Positions 1 through 11,495 of a stretch of DNA of 64,000 bases are shown one piece after another. Below the pieces are notes generated by a model. The model saw only the letters and a program-made list of their open reading frames with translations, made no database searches and was not told the origin of the DNA. Numbering within the stretch: the first letter of the stretch is position 1; each line of letters starts with the position of its first letter. The stretch comes from Perkinsela sp. CCAP 1560/9 (lineage: Eukaryota > Protista > Euglenozoa: Kinetoplastea): the NCBI GenBank assembly GCA_965644495.1, contig CBFFSA010000022.1, forward strand, positions 105,132 through 169,131, read 5' to 3'. The position numbers and the translations under genes are program-made.

Positions 1-120
1 TAAAGTCTTTCAACAGGGCTTGGAGCCGGGTAAATGCTTTCGAAAGTTGAACTGCGTCATTTGATACAAGATTAACGTCGTCGACGTAAGCATGGACCTC
101 GGCCAGCCGACCTCGGCCAG

Positions 121-739
121 CGACCTCGGCCACCCGATCGTCCTCCGAGATGTCTGATCCTGATGCAGATGAGCTCTCCGATCCTTCGTCATGTGACATG
201 TCCGCTTGTCCGAGGTTCGCCTTCGTTAGATCAGAGCTACGGAGTATCACTTTTACCTTTTTCGGAGTTTTCTTCAGTCGTGTCTCTTTTCTGATCTTAA
301 TTTTCAAGGATGACTCTCCAGTTTGACTTCTTCGTAGAATTTCATTTCTCCGAACACTGGCAAAAGCGGTTTCCTCGTCTTTCGTGTTGTGGCGGCCGTG
401 GTCTGACGTTGGGTTTTTCTCGATGCTTTGCGCTTTGTGTTCCATCTTCTTTTGCCAGTTGAGGGGAATATGCTGTGGAATGGGGGTTGTGTACATGAGG
501 TCGTCGTACGTGCTAGCGTCTTGGATGAGTTTCTTGTTTGCCTCAAACTGGTCCCATGATCCAATCTCGTGTCTATTCGCTTGTTCCGTAAAGTTCAAGT
601 TGTGCTCCTTTACGCCAGTGGACCTCACTGCTGCAGTGTTCTGCTGCTGATGCGACGGCGTGCCTTGCGCCGCCCTCGGGGGAGGTTCTGACATAAAAGA
701 AAGAAAAGCAAAGTAGTAAAAATCAACAAGGTACAGAAA
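121..739 (-). pseudogene. 5' fragment of CRE-like element family A (second copy of ~16680-17298), with LsmAD-like N-terminus
   Basis: Near-identical reverse complement of 16680-17298; ATG at 694 (MSEPPPRAAQ...); SL remnant at 724-739. Confidence 0.85.
724..739 (-). other. Spliced-leader relic (3' 16 nt, TTTCTGTACCTTGTTG)
   Basis: Matches 3' end of the 39-nt consensus seen at 38543-38581 and 50822-50860; about 30 nt upstream of ATG. Confidence 0.75.
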
Positions 740-927
740 AGGTTCTTGTTAGGTTTTTTTTTTTTTTTGGACCTGAACCTGGAAATAAACTTCCACAAGT
801 GTGAAATCTTTATGAGACATGTTCACCTTCCCCCCTTCTCTCAATTTTCAAAGAGAAACTATCCCGAAAATGAAATCTATATAATTTTATAAGCTGACTC
901 AGCTTATAGTGATATTGTGTTTAGAAC

Positions 928-1516
928 TTATATACTATATTCTTGAGTTTGCGTGCAGCCGTCTAAGTATTTCTTTAGCTGCGCATAAATCCCTAATCCA
1001 TTAAGCTCCTGAATCGTCAGCTTCATTTCGAGTTCGACCTGTTTCCTGTTTAGCATGGCCGCGTCTGCTAGCGAGTGTACCAAATTCTGCGTATTGCGGT
1101 GCAAAGCGCCTCCTGCCAGTACGGGTAAACATTGAAATGAGTCTTCACGAATTAAGTTCGTACGTACATATGTGTTGGACTTTCGCTGCAGCGCGTCATT
1201 CATGAGCTGTGTGCATTTCTTTCCACGATTAGACATTGAGAGTTCGTGAATAACTGTCAGATCATAGAAGACCGCACCCGTGTTCCAATAGATCACGAGA
1301 TCGGGGCCAGACCGACAAAGTTTTTTTCCTGCACAAGTCTTCTGATGTACCAACTGGTTTTCCGGACTGATTGTAGATCGGCAAGCGATGCACTTCCACG
1401 TAGAAAAGTTTCTAGGTTCCGTTTCACATGGGATGCCTGCTTTCACGCATAGACGATGTAAAAATCCGACAAGTGAGTTATGTTTCACGGTCGTATTTAT
1501 ACCTGAACATTGAGCA
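928..1516 (-). pseudogene. 3' fragment of CRE-like non-LTR element (restriction-like endonuclease domain)
   Basis: KHNSLV...AGIPCETEPR...CxxC...HxxxC...SGPDLVIYW...FYDLTVIH motifs; 3' UTR and T-run (poly(A) on minus) at ~754-768. Confidence 0.85.
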
Positions 1517-1744
1517 TTTTTTTTTTTTTGTTTTCCGAAAACGAAAGCGTTCTAAAAATATATATATATCTTTCGGAAGGCATTTTTCTGTAGAATTCCG
1601 ATAGCTTTTTTTTTTTGACGTTATCCCTCCGGGTGTAGATCCTTAAGCTTTTTTTTTTTCGTATTCCTAATTTATCCTCCTACCTTTTCCACTTCTTCCT
1701 ATTACTACCTTATCCACCAAATAAGTCCAGACTCGGACTCGACT

Positions 1745-2330
1745 CTAATAAGCATACTCATCTTTCGGATCCGGTAAGTAGCTACGCAATTGCGCCTGGA
1801 CTATCGCTCCATTCAATTCCTGTTGAAGAAGCACAAAATCATTCAGAATCGCCTTGGGTTCGCGGTAGACCTTTTCCGCCAGGAGCTGTAGTAGAGATTT
1901 TGTGTTATTGTGGAGAGCCCCGCAGGACAATATAGGGAGGCATTGAAATTGATCATTTCGCAACATAGTTGATTTTACATATTTCGCATGCTTCCGAGCG
2001 ATGGCGATTGAGCACAGCCTGGGATATGGGTGAGGGCGTTTCGGTTATTGAGGAGAATACCGCACCCTGGAAACAATAGACTGGTAGGTAGATCTGGGTG
2101 TTGGGCATTTAGTCGTGGCATAATCGCGAGTTTGAAGAGATGGGAAGGGATGTACTTCGCGTTGGAAAGGATCCAGTCGCTGTTTCCTTTGAAGGATGTG
2201 GCTTGTAGAATGTGCTTAATGTCGGGATCCGTTTGCAACTCTTTCAATACTTCGACGATGAATGCTGGTGGAAGCTTTTTCGTCCACTGGTATGACTTTC
2301 ATTGTCGAGTTCTTAGGAATAGACGGGTGT
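1745..2330 (-). pseudogene. Internally deleted 3' fragment of CRE-like element
   Basis: ORFs 1975-2247 (AIMPRL...PGC...THIPGC) and 1745-1966 (FQCLPILSCGALH...QELNG) are homologous to the C-terminus of 12540-14756, with the intervening part missing. Confidence 0.8.
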
Positions 2331-2617
2331 GATGGCACCGCGTTGTCGATCCGAGCTTTTTTTTTAACCCATCTAACCTAAATTTATTCATTACTAACAA
2401 AGGAAAATTTTTTTTTTTACCTACCAAATAATTATATTAGGACCAGAATCCAATCAATATCCAAAAGACTCAAGGCGGGCATCCAACATTAGTTTTTTTT
2501 TTTTTTACATAATATGACCGGTCTTTTCAGATAATGAAAAATATGATTTTCTCTCATGTGTTGAGCCGGAACCAAAATTACTTTCTCAAGTTTTCATAAT
2601 TAATAAAGAATGGTTGA

Positions 2618-3253
2618 TTAAATCGCCGTATCTTCTCGGCTCTGCGGCACTAGAAATTTGCCAAGTTGCGAGAGAACAACCCATCCGTTGAATTCTTGTA
2701 ATCGAAGTGTAAAATCTTGGATCACGTAATCCCGCGCTAATCCGAGCTGATTTCCTTCTGGGTGACGAATGGTTGGGCTCTCGTCTTGCGACACTTTGTC
2801 AGCTCTTGTCTGAAGAAGGTTGAGTTGTTTGTTTCGCCGATTGAAGAAATTTGAAGACAGCAGTGCGTTCTTAATTGTGACTTTGCAGTCACTTTTCGGC
2901 AGTGGGGTCGGCGATCGACGCATCGACGGAGGAGGAGATTGTGGACACGCAGATGGCGTTGATGGTGGTGATGGCGGCGGTAGTGGCGGCGGAAGTGGCG
3001 GTGAAGTAGGTGACCGCGATGCGGCGGGGACGGGCGATGGAAGAGACGGAGTTTCAGTGGACAAAGTCGTGGGTGGTGAGGGCGGCGGGGGCGGCGGGGG
3101 CGGCGGGGGCGGCGAAGGAGAAGCGCTCGGTTCGGACGGAGCCTCAGGCGGTTTCTCCTCAATTGTTTTCTTCCTGCGACGGGTCGGAGGTAGAGGCTGT
3201 ACGACGGGAGCTACTCCCGTTTCTTTCGCCCGGCTCCGCGTGATCATGCCCAT
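2618..3253 (-). CDS. Pro-rich ORF of an internally deleted, SL-capped CRE-like derivative
   Basis: N-terminus MGMITRSRAKETGVAP resembles 50884 ORF; last ~40 aa (QDFTLRLQEFNGWVVLSQLGKFL) match the extreme C-terminus of CRE proteins; T-run at ~2493-2506. Confidence 0.6.
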   Translation of the reverse strand: MGMITRSRAKETGVAPVVQPLPPTRRRKKTIEEKPPEAPSEPSASPSPPPPPPPPPPPSPPTTLSTETPSLPSPVPAASRSPTSPPLPPPLPPPSPPSTPSACPQSPPPSMRRSPTPLPKSDCKVTIKNALLSSNFFNRRNKQLNLLQTRADKVSQDESPTIRHPEGNQLGLARDYVIQDFTLRLQEFNGWVVLSQLGKFLVPQSREDTAI

Positions 3254-3281
3254 GAAAGTGAGAAAGTAATAGAAAATAAAT

Positions 3282-3316
3282 CAACAAGGTACAGAAACTG
3301 TATCTTTATCGTTAAA
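3282..3316 (-). other. Spliced-leader relic (35 nt, nt 5-39)
   Basis: TTTAACGATAAAGATACAGTTTCTGTACCTTGTTG followed by a pyrimidine-rich leader and ATG at 3253. Confidence 0.85.
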
Positions 3317-3966
3317 TATATCGTATATTTATAATTACCTCAATCTATCCCTGGTACATAGATAAATAGTTTAGACCCATTTCGGGGTAGAATTTGAAAA
3401 CAGTTTAGACCCCTTTCGGGGCACCATCTGCAATATCAACAAAATAAAGTCTCCTAAATTTCTTATCGTAAACTTATAGAAATCAACGGACCCTTTCTTC
3501 TGCCATAAACTTCGTAAAATAAGGTAAACAAAGAAATCAATATTTCCCATGTATAAATAGAAGATTTATCCCGCTATACCCATTTCCTTTGTAATCAATA
3601 AAATATACTAAGTATCACAAGTATCACCAAATAGAGCTCTTTAACCTAGCAAACATTCCCTGTAACTTACGAACGGGCGTTATGCCCACCACGTCGCGAA
3701 CCAACCCGTTCGCACGTCACCACGCACACCAAGTCTCGTTACACACCCCCACTCTCCTCGCACCCTTCACTCCCTCACTCTCCCTCCCATCCCCTCACGA
3801 CAACCCAACGCAACTAACCACAGTACAGCACCCTTTCACTCGTCAAACACGTGTTTTCGTCGTACACGTGTGCATGAATAACTAAAGAACGTATATATAT
3901 AGTTTTTTTTTTTTTTTTAAGGTCGAGGTGGGGGGATACGGCGCAGGGGGATGATGGGACGAGAAG

Positions 3967-4797
3967 TTTTTTTTTTTTTTTTAAGTATAAAACGCGGCAT
4001 TGCCTCTATATTTTTACTCAGTAGACGAACCAAGTAGGTCCATTGGGGGGGTATATGATTTGTAAACAAGCAATCAAATTAGCAATTTCACATGTTGTAG
4101 CCCAAAACTAATAATTCAACCTGCCTTAAGTTACAGTATTTATGATTTTGATAACAATAATAATAAAAAGAAGCAATTTATGCCCAATTCATTCGCGCGT
4201 TCCGGACTGGGTCTTTCGACCACTCCTCGGCCTGACTTGTGAACTCTTCCCTTGTTATATGGGAGGGCGCAGGCGCGGGCTTGTGCCGACAGCGGCACGG
4301 TCGCGAAACAGGGTGCTGGCCGACGGGGAGGAAGTTTTAGTTCCCGACCCATGTCCTACCTCACTTGGAGTACCTAGCCCTTGAGGGCTAGGCGTGAGCA
4401 TAGACCCTGTCGGCATCGACCAGCATCCAGGCCAGCCATCTATGAGGGCGCAAACGTGGGTCTGTGCTGACTGCCGTCCGGTCAGGAAACGTTTACTCCC
4501 CCAAGCAAGAAAACGGGTCATCAGTGAGAAGGCGATTAACCATCATGCGGGCCTGAAGGCGCATGAGGGTCACGTTTAACTCCGTGAAGATTCTGCTCGT
4601 CGCCCCCCCTTCTGTCAATAACCCGCACGAGGCGTGCGAAAGCCGTTCTCCAACTTTACGGAGTACTGCGGATGCACCGCTGCTCCACGCACCGTAGCTC
4701 TCCACCACCATGGCGGTGAAGGCACAGCCCCCTGGGCCTCTGTTGCCAAGACTTTTTTCTCGTTGTGGGGCCAGTTTGGCTCTGCTGCAAAGGTCGG
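3967..4797 (-). mobile_element. 3' end (RLE C-terminus plus structured 3' UTR plus poly(A)) of CRE-like family B
   Basis: MVVESYGAWS...LNVTLMRLQARM matches the C-terminus of 39201-43265; UTR homologous to 24560-25100 and 38600-39060. Confidence 0.85.
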
Positions 4798-5185
4798 TTT
4801 TATTAAGACAACGTTTTTTATTAAGACAACGTTTTTTATTAAGACAACGTTTTTTATTAAGACAACGTTTTTTATTAAGACAACGTTTTTTATTAAGACA
4901 ACGTTTTTTATTAAGACAACGTTTTTTATTAAGACAACGTTTTTTATTAAGACAACGTTTTTTATTAAGACAACGTTTTTTATTAAGACAACGTTTTTTA
5001 TTAAGACAACGTTTTTTATTAAGACAACGTTTTTTATTAAGACAACGTTTGTATTAAGACAACGTTTTTTATTAAGACAACGTTTTTTATTAAGACAACG
5101 TTTTTTATTAAGACAACGTTTTTTATTAAGACAACGTTTTTTATTAAGACAACGTTTTTTATTAAGACAACGTTTTTTATTAAGA
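4798..5185 (+). repeat. 18-bp tandem array (TATTAAGACAACGTTTTT)n, about 21 copies
   Basis: Read directly; one shortened variant unit with G at ~5051. Confidence 0.97.
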
Positions 5186-6733
5186 GGAGTGAAGAAAACT
5201 CGCATTACCGATCTAAATTACGCCGACGATATTGCATTTTTTGCAGAATCTCGAAATATTCTGAGGGATATGATAGAAGCACTATGCGCAGAATCGGAAA
5301 AGGCTGGTTTGCATATAAACATAGGCGTGACCAAAACTGCTTGGATGGCAGTGGGCAAAGGACTTAAAGGAGGTTGTCAAGAGAGTGCGCTTGTAACTAA
5401 ATTTGGAGCAATACCAGAAGTAGTAGAATATCGATATCTTGGACACAAGAAGAATTCACAGCAAATATCTTTGACACTGCAAGAACGAGTTGCTTTATCT
5501 TGGAAAGCGTTTCATCGTCTTAAGCCGCTTTGGAATTCTAGCTTAAGCATTGCGCTTCGCCTGAGGATTTTCAGCGCGCTGGTAAACAGTGTTTTAATAT
5601 ACGGTTCTGCATCTCTCGTCGCCACGAAGAAGGAATTGAAGGAGGTGGACATCGAAGTAAACAAGATGCGACGTATGGCGACGGGAATGCCACTCTGGGA
5701 TGGAAGGAAACGAACGCCTACAGCTGCATTGTATCGCGGAGAATCACTGTTTTCAACACAACTGCGAGTAAACAGAGCCAAGCTTGTCGGTCATTTGTTG
5801 AGACACGATTCCTCGTTTGCCGACGTCATGCTCTGGAACGAAAATGACAAAGCGCGCATAAAGTCTCTGTCCGAGGCTACAGCAGAAGATTTGGGGATAG
5901 ATGTTGCAGAAATGTTTGATTTAGCGAAGAACCGTGAGGAATGGAAATTAAAAGTTGAGCGTTTACGGACTCGATTAGAACCTACAGCGACCTACAAGTC
6001 ACACTCGAGTCAATCATGTCGTTCAGAAGTTGAAAACATTTTCCGTTCTGAGCGATCAGCTTCAGAAAAATGGTCTGCACTACAATTCTATGAGGAGGGT
6101 CCTGTAAGCTGGCCAGAGAAAGATCTGCGTCATTTATACTGTGACGGTTCTGTTAGGGGAAGTAAAGAAGCGCTTTGTGCAGGAATATCGGTTGTGCTCT
6201 TTGAGAATGAAAGATGTACATTTATAGAGCAACAAGAACTCTCAAAACAAGATCGAACCCCCATACGAGCAGAACTACGTGCTTTTCTGCAAGCCTTGAC
6301 AATCGGACATCAACGAGAAGGAGACTTCGTGGTGCATGTAGACTCCGAGCACGTATGGCAGTTTTGGCATCGACATCGCATCAGTTTTCAACTAGATGGT
6401 TATACAACACTCGAAAATGCGGATCTATTAAAGAAAATTGGTGATAAGGCGCAATGTATATTTGAGACGGCAAATGTACATGTCGTCAAGGTAAGGGCGC
6501 ACTGCGAAAATGCACGAAACGATTTGGCGGACAGAGTAGCCTACAAAGCAGCAGAAGGTATCGTATCCTTTCTACTAATACAAGAGATTGCCCCTCCACC
6601 TGCTTGTGAAAATGCACAGAATAGTAACGAGGCAGTTAGGCATGAATCGAAGGAGTGTGCTCATCGGTGTAAAGACAAGGAAGCATGCGGACATAAATGC
6701 TGCAAAAGGCATTTGCGTCAGTCCAAAGAATAA
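5183..6733 (+). pseudogene. 5'-truncated APE-LINE-family element: RT C-terminal half, RNase H and Cys-rich tail
   Basis: LNYADD, YRYLG; RNase H YCDGS/AELRA/VDS/KVRAH-NDLADR; collinear with ORFs 31024-35319 and 54785-58864. Confidence 0.9.
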
Positions 6734-6800
6734 GAGAAAGAAAGTAGCATTCAAAGTCATGGCAGAAAGATTCCTAACCACTTTTAAGAACTAAGTGGTA

Positions 6801-8508
6801 TATTATTATTATTATTATTATTAAGACAACGTTTTTTATTAAGACAACGTTTTTTATTAAGACAACGTTTTTTATTAAGAAAACGTTTTTTATTAAGACA
6901 ACGTTTTTTATTAAGACAACGTTTTTTATTAAGACAACGTTTTTTATTAAGACAACGTTTTTTATTAAGACAACGTTTTTTATTAAGACAACGTTTTTTA
7001 TTAAGACAACGTTTTTTATTAAGACAACGTTTTTTATTAAGACAACGTTTTTTATTAAGACAACGTTTTTTATTAAGACAACGTTTTTTATTAAGACAAC
7101 GTTTTTTATTAAGACAACGTTTTTTATTAAGACAACGTTTTTTATTAAGACAACGTTTTTTATTAAGACAACGTTTTTTATTAAGACAACGTTTTTTATT
7201 AAGACAACGTTTTTTATTAAGACAACGTTTTTTATTAAGACAACGTTTTTTATTAAGACAACGTTTTTTATTAAGACAACGTTTTTTATTAAGACAACGT
7301 TTTTTATTAAGACAACGTTTTTTATTAAGACAACGTTTTTTATTAAGACAACGTTTTTTATTAAGACAACGTTTTTTATTAAGACAACGTTTTTTATTAA
7401 GACAACGTTTTTTATTAAGACAACGTTTTTTATTAAGACATCGTTTTTTATTAAGACAACGTTTTTTATTAAGACAACGTTTTTTATTAAGACAACGTTT
7501 TTTATTAAGACAACGTTTTTTATTAAGACAACGTTTTTTATTAAGACAACGTTTTTTATTAAGACAACGTTTTTTATTAAGACAACGTTTTTTATTAAGA
7601 CACCGTTTTTTATTAAGACAACGTTTTTTATTAAGACAACGTTTTTTATTAAGACATCGTTTTTTATTAAGACAACGTTTTTTATTAAGACAACGTTTTT
7701 TATTAAGACAACGTTTTTTATTAAGACAACGTTTTTTATTAAGACAACGTTTTTTATTAAGACAACGTTTTTTATTAAGACATCGTTTTTTATAAAGACA
7801 TCGTTTTTTATTAAGACAACGTTTTTTATTAAGACAACGTTTTTTATTAAGACAACGTTTTTTATTAAGACAACGTTTTTTATTAAGACAACGTTTTTTA
7901 TTAAGACAACGTTTTTTATTAAGACAACGTTTTTTATTAAGACAACGTTTTTTATTAAGACACCGTTTTTTATTAAGACAACGTTTTTTATTAAGACAAC
8001 GTTTTTTATTAAGACATCGTTTTTTATTAAGACAACGTTTTTTATTAAGACAACGTTTTTTATTAAGACAACGTTTTTTATTAAGACAACGTTTTTTATT
8101 AAGACAACGTTTTTTATTAAGACAACGTTTTTTATTAAGACAACGTTTTTTATTAAGACAACGTTTTTTATTAAGACAACGTTTTTTATTAAGACAACGT
8201 TTTTTATTAAGACAACGTTTTTTATTAAGACAACGTTTTTTATTAAGACAACGTTTTTTATTAAGACAACGTTTTTTATTAAGACAACGTTTTTTATTAA
8301 GACAACGTTTTTTATTAAGACAACGTTTTTTATTAAGACAACGTTTTTTATTAAGACAACGTTTTTTATTAAGACAACGTTTTTTATTAAGACAACGTTT
8401 TTTATTAAGACAACGTTTTTTATTAAGACAACGTTTTTTATTAAGACAACGTTTTTTATTAAGACAACGTTTTTTATTAAGACAACGTTTTTTATTAAGA
8501 CAACGTTT
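6801..8508 (+). repeat. (TAT)n LINE tail running into the 18-bp array (TATTAAGACAACGTTTTT)n, about 94 copies
   Basis: Read directly; variant units recur at 360-bp spacing. Confidence 0.97.
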
Positions 8509-10424
8509 CGTCCAGAACCTCACGAAACACCTCAACGTCGAATCACTGTTGCGCTACAACGCAAGCAGTATTACAACGGCAAGGGCTCTCGGGACGCAGA
8601 GAGTCTCAGCACGTCTCCCAGTGCTGTAACCTCGGAGCACGTGGCAAAGTGCTTCGAGGAAGTGCCTTACCTTCGCAGGCACTCCGTTGTTTGTGCACGC
8701 CGCTCTTCACGGCTAGCCAAGGCACACGACGCTCACCTACCTTTGCACGTTAAGAAGTCGATACCTGTTATCCATTTGGATCAGGTTAAGGAGTGGATGA
8801 GTATGTCAGCTGCCACTCGTTTTCGCAAGGTAGTGGATGAATTATTATGGGTACCTAAAGCCCCGTACTCCGAACCTAGTGTGAAAGGTTCATTGCCTGA
8901 GGCGGACGTCCGATTGTTGGAGGACGCAGGCATAATCTCCAAGGTCCCGGCGCAGGAGTTGAGAAAGCGCCCATCGATGCAGTTCATGATTCCCTTCACG
9001 GTTGTGGAGACCGATGATGAGGGCAATCAGCGCAGAAGATTTATTTCATGGACAAGGGACGATAACGATAGATTAAAATCATATGAACCAAAGGTCCCAT
9101 TATATCATCCCTCCAAGTATCTTCATAAGGCGCACGAGCCGATGGCTGTGAAGCGGGACTTCACGTGTGGATTTTACCAGATTGGTATCCCAAAGAGGGC
9201 GCGGCCCAAATTCCGCCTTAGAACGAACAGTGGAGACGTGTTTGAGATGAACGTCCTCCCGATGGGCCATAGGTGTGCACCGGAGGTTATGCACACGGTT
9301 ACCGCCGCGATTGCTGGCGAGGCGTCGATTTGTTCTCAGCGCTACTCGTTTCACCGAGGCGCTATCGACGTTTATGTTGACGGAGTTCGGTTTGCAGGAA
9401 CCCACTCCGAGGCCACCACGTACGCTCAGTTCATTGACGAGCGTTGCGACAAAGCGAACGGTCTTTTCAAAGATCGGGGTCAGCCCCCTGTAGCACAGTA
9501 CGTGTTCAATGGGGTGGCGTTCGACCATAACGCGCATACGGTCTGCCTGGGACCGCGAGTGATCAGGAAACTGCGAGCCGACTCTTTCTTCAACATTTCC
9601 TTTGTTGACCTAGAGGCGGTGGTGGGGCGCCTCATTTATGGCTCCGCAGTTCTCCGGCTCAATATGCCGCGATTTTATTTCGCTTTGAAGGTGGCGCAAC
9701 GGCGTATCAACTTGTTGAACCGTTGCCCGAAGTTATGTGACCGTCCGGTCGCACTCCCTGTCGTCACTCGCTCCATGCTAGCAGAATGGAGAAACGAGTT
9801 GCTGGAGAATGTTCCACGGTCTCCACCTCCCCATCCCGATGTTGTTCCACACAAGCATCGTCTCTACACCGATGCCTCGGTGAAAGGATGGGGAGCGATT
9901 ATGTATTTAGACAGCGGAGAGGTTTTGATTACGGGTGAGGCGTGGCCTGAGTCATCCTCGTATGAGGTGAACCGTGCGGAAGCTGCAGCAGTCCGCTTAG
10001 CCCTCGAGAAGTTTTCCGCGCATTGCCCCCGTGGAACCTGCTTGGATGTTTTTGTTGACAACACCTCCTGTCAGGCTGCACTGAACAGGAGGATCTCCAA
10101 GTCAGAGGGGGTTTCAATGGAATTGCGCGAAGTCCTGCGACTGACAGAGGACAAAGGTATTTGTGTCAAGGCAGCGTACATATCCACGGATGAGAACCCG
10201 GCGGATGCTGTCAGTCGCGGGAAGGAGATTGAGAGAGAGAAGGTTGAGAAATATAAAGGCAACATCGACAAATACAGCGATAATCAGCATCATCATATTG
10301 GTAAGCTAGACAGTCATATTGAAGGAAAACCCTAGGGGACAGGATCACCAAATACAAAAAAAAAAAAAAAAAAGACAAGAAAAAAAGAAAAAAAACAAAG
10401 ACAAAAAAAAAAAAAAAAAAAAAA
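8509..10424 (+). mobile_element. 5'-truncated copy of VIPER/TATE-like YR retrotransposon (end of YR, RT/RNase H, A-rich tail)
   Basis: Near-identical to 22650-24496 (offset 14141); followed by A-rich tail from ~10356. Confidence 0.9.
8641..10335 (+). CDS. DIRS/VIPER-type reverse transcriptase-RNase H
   Basis: D-FTCGFYQI, LPMG, YVDG; RNase H YTDAS..GWGA, EA, VDN, NPADAVSRG; true start uncertain (GTG). Confidence 0.8.
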   Translation: MAKCFEEVPYLRRHSVVCARRSSRLAKAHDAHLPLHVKKSIPVIHLDQVKEWMSMSAATRFRKVVDELLWVPKAPYSEPSVKGSLPEADVRLLEDAGIISKVPAQELRKRPSMQFMIPFTVVETDDEGNQRRRFISWTRDDNDRLKSYEPKVPLYHPSKYLHKAHEPMAVKRDFTCGFYQIGIPKRARPKFRLRTNSGDVFEMNVLPMGHRCAPEVMHTVTAAIAGEASICSQRYSFHRGAIDVYVDGVRFAGTHSEATTYAQFIDERCDKANGLFKDRGQPPVAQYVFNGVAFDHNAHTVCLGPRVIRKLRADSFFNISFVDLEAVVGRLIYGSAVLRLNMPRFYFALKVAQRRINLLNRCPKLCDRPVALPVVTRSMLAEWRNELLENVPRSPPPHPDVVPHKHRLYTDASVKGWGAIMYLDSGEVLITGEAWPESSSYEVNRAEAAAVRLALEKFSAHCPRGTCLDVFVDNTSCQAALNRRISKSEGVSMELREVLRLTEDKGICVKAAYISTDENPADAVSRGKEIEREKVEKYKGNIDKYSDNQHHHIGKLDSHIEGKP

Positions 10425-10859
10425 GCGAGCGGACGGGGTCCTGGGGTTTGGAGGTTGTCCCTATAATTTTGGAAGGTTATGGATGTTAATCGGTTGACAA
10501 ACTTTATCCTCACGCCTTGGTTTTCGAAAACAAGGTTCCCCAATGTGAGATAAAGGTGAGTAAAGTTTTCTTTACTCTGCGATTAGCGCCTTAATGTTTT
10601 TAACCGCGTCATTGTTGACACGGCCGTACACCACGCCTAGTTGCTCCACACTTCTAGGTCCCAAGTTGGTATATGGGCAGAGGTTGAAAGCGTAACCTGT
10701 GTAGCTCGTGTGAGCTTGTAAAGGGCGTGGTAATGGACTGGTCATCTATTGCTATCGTTATCCTTTTGTGAGCTCTGCATGTTTTGATATTTTCTATCTA
10801 TTAATATTTGACTACGTGATTGGGCATTTTGCGTTTATTGTGACGTGTGTGTGGGCAGG

Positions 10860-11495
10860 TTGGCCGAGGGTTCCGGTGGGGGGGAACCCCGTTAACAGAG
10901 TAACATTGATTGTGTTGTTTTATGCAGGCTTGTTTCTTTTCCATCTTTGTGCGTGTGAAATGAATGAATGATACGTTGTGTCATTTTGAATTACGATTGA
11001 GCTATTCATAGTTGTTCATTTATTCATATATGTTATCAGTGTATATGTTTCCAGGGAGCCCCTCGGCGTGGATTTCTAATAGTTCACGTTTTGAAATTTA
11101 GCCGAGGGGCGGCTATATATTTGCCTGCTGGCCCTTCGGGGCACATAATTTTCTCAAATTATGATGTAGTATTCTCTAATTGCATGGAGGGGGGTGTTTA
11201 CTCGTTTGTTATATTCTTGTTAGGTTGTTATTTTGTTACGTTTAAAGTTTTGTGCCCACCCACCGAGCCCCCAGCCATTTGGCCGAGGGTTCCGGTGGGG
11301 GGGAACCCCGTTAACAGAGTGACATTGATTGTGTTGTTTTATGCAGGCTTGTTTCTTTTCCATCTTTGTGCGTGTGAAATGAATGAATGATACGTTGTGT
11401 CATTTTGAATTACGATTGAGCTATTCATAGTTGTTCATTTATTCATATATGTTATCAGTGTATATGTTTCCAGGGAGCCCCTCGGCGTGGATTTC
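10860..11495. repeat. 217-bp direct duplication (10860-11076 = 11279-11495) flanking a 178-bp segment (11077-11254) that recurs at 15963-16140
   Basis: Direct sequence comparison. Confidence 0.9.

Noticed and set aside
6784-8535. Long repetitive ORF (CLNKKR)n, and similarly 26593-31174 and 58889-63508
   Set aside because: Stop-free frames of 18-bp tandem arrays; no evidence of coding.
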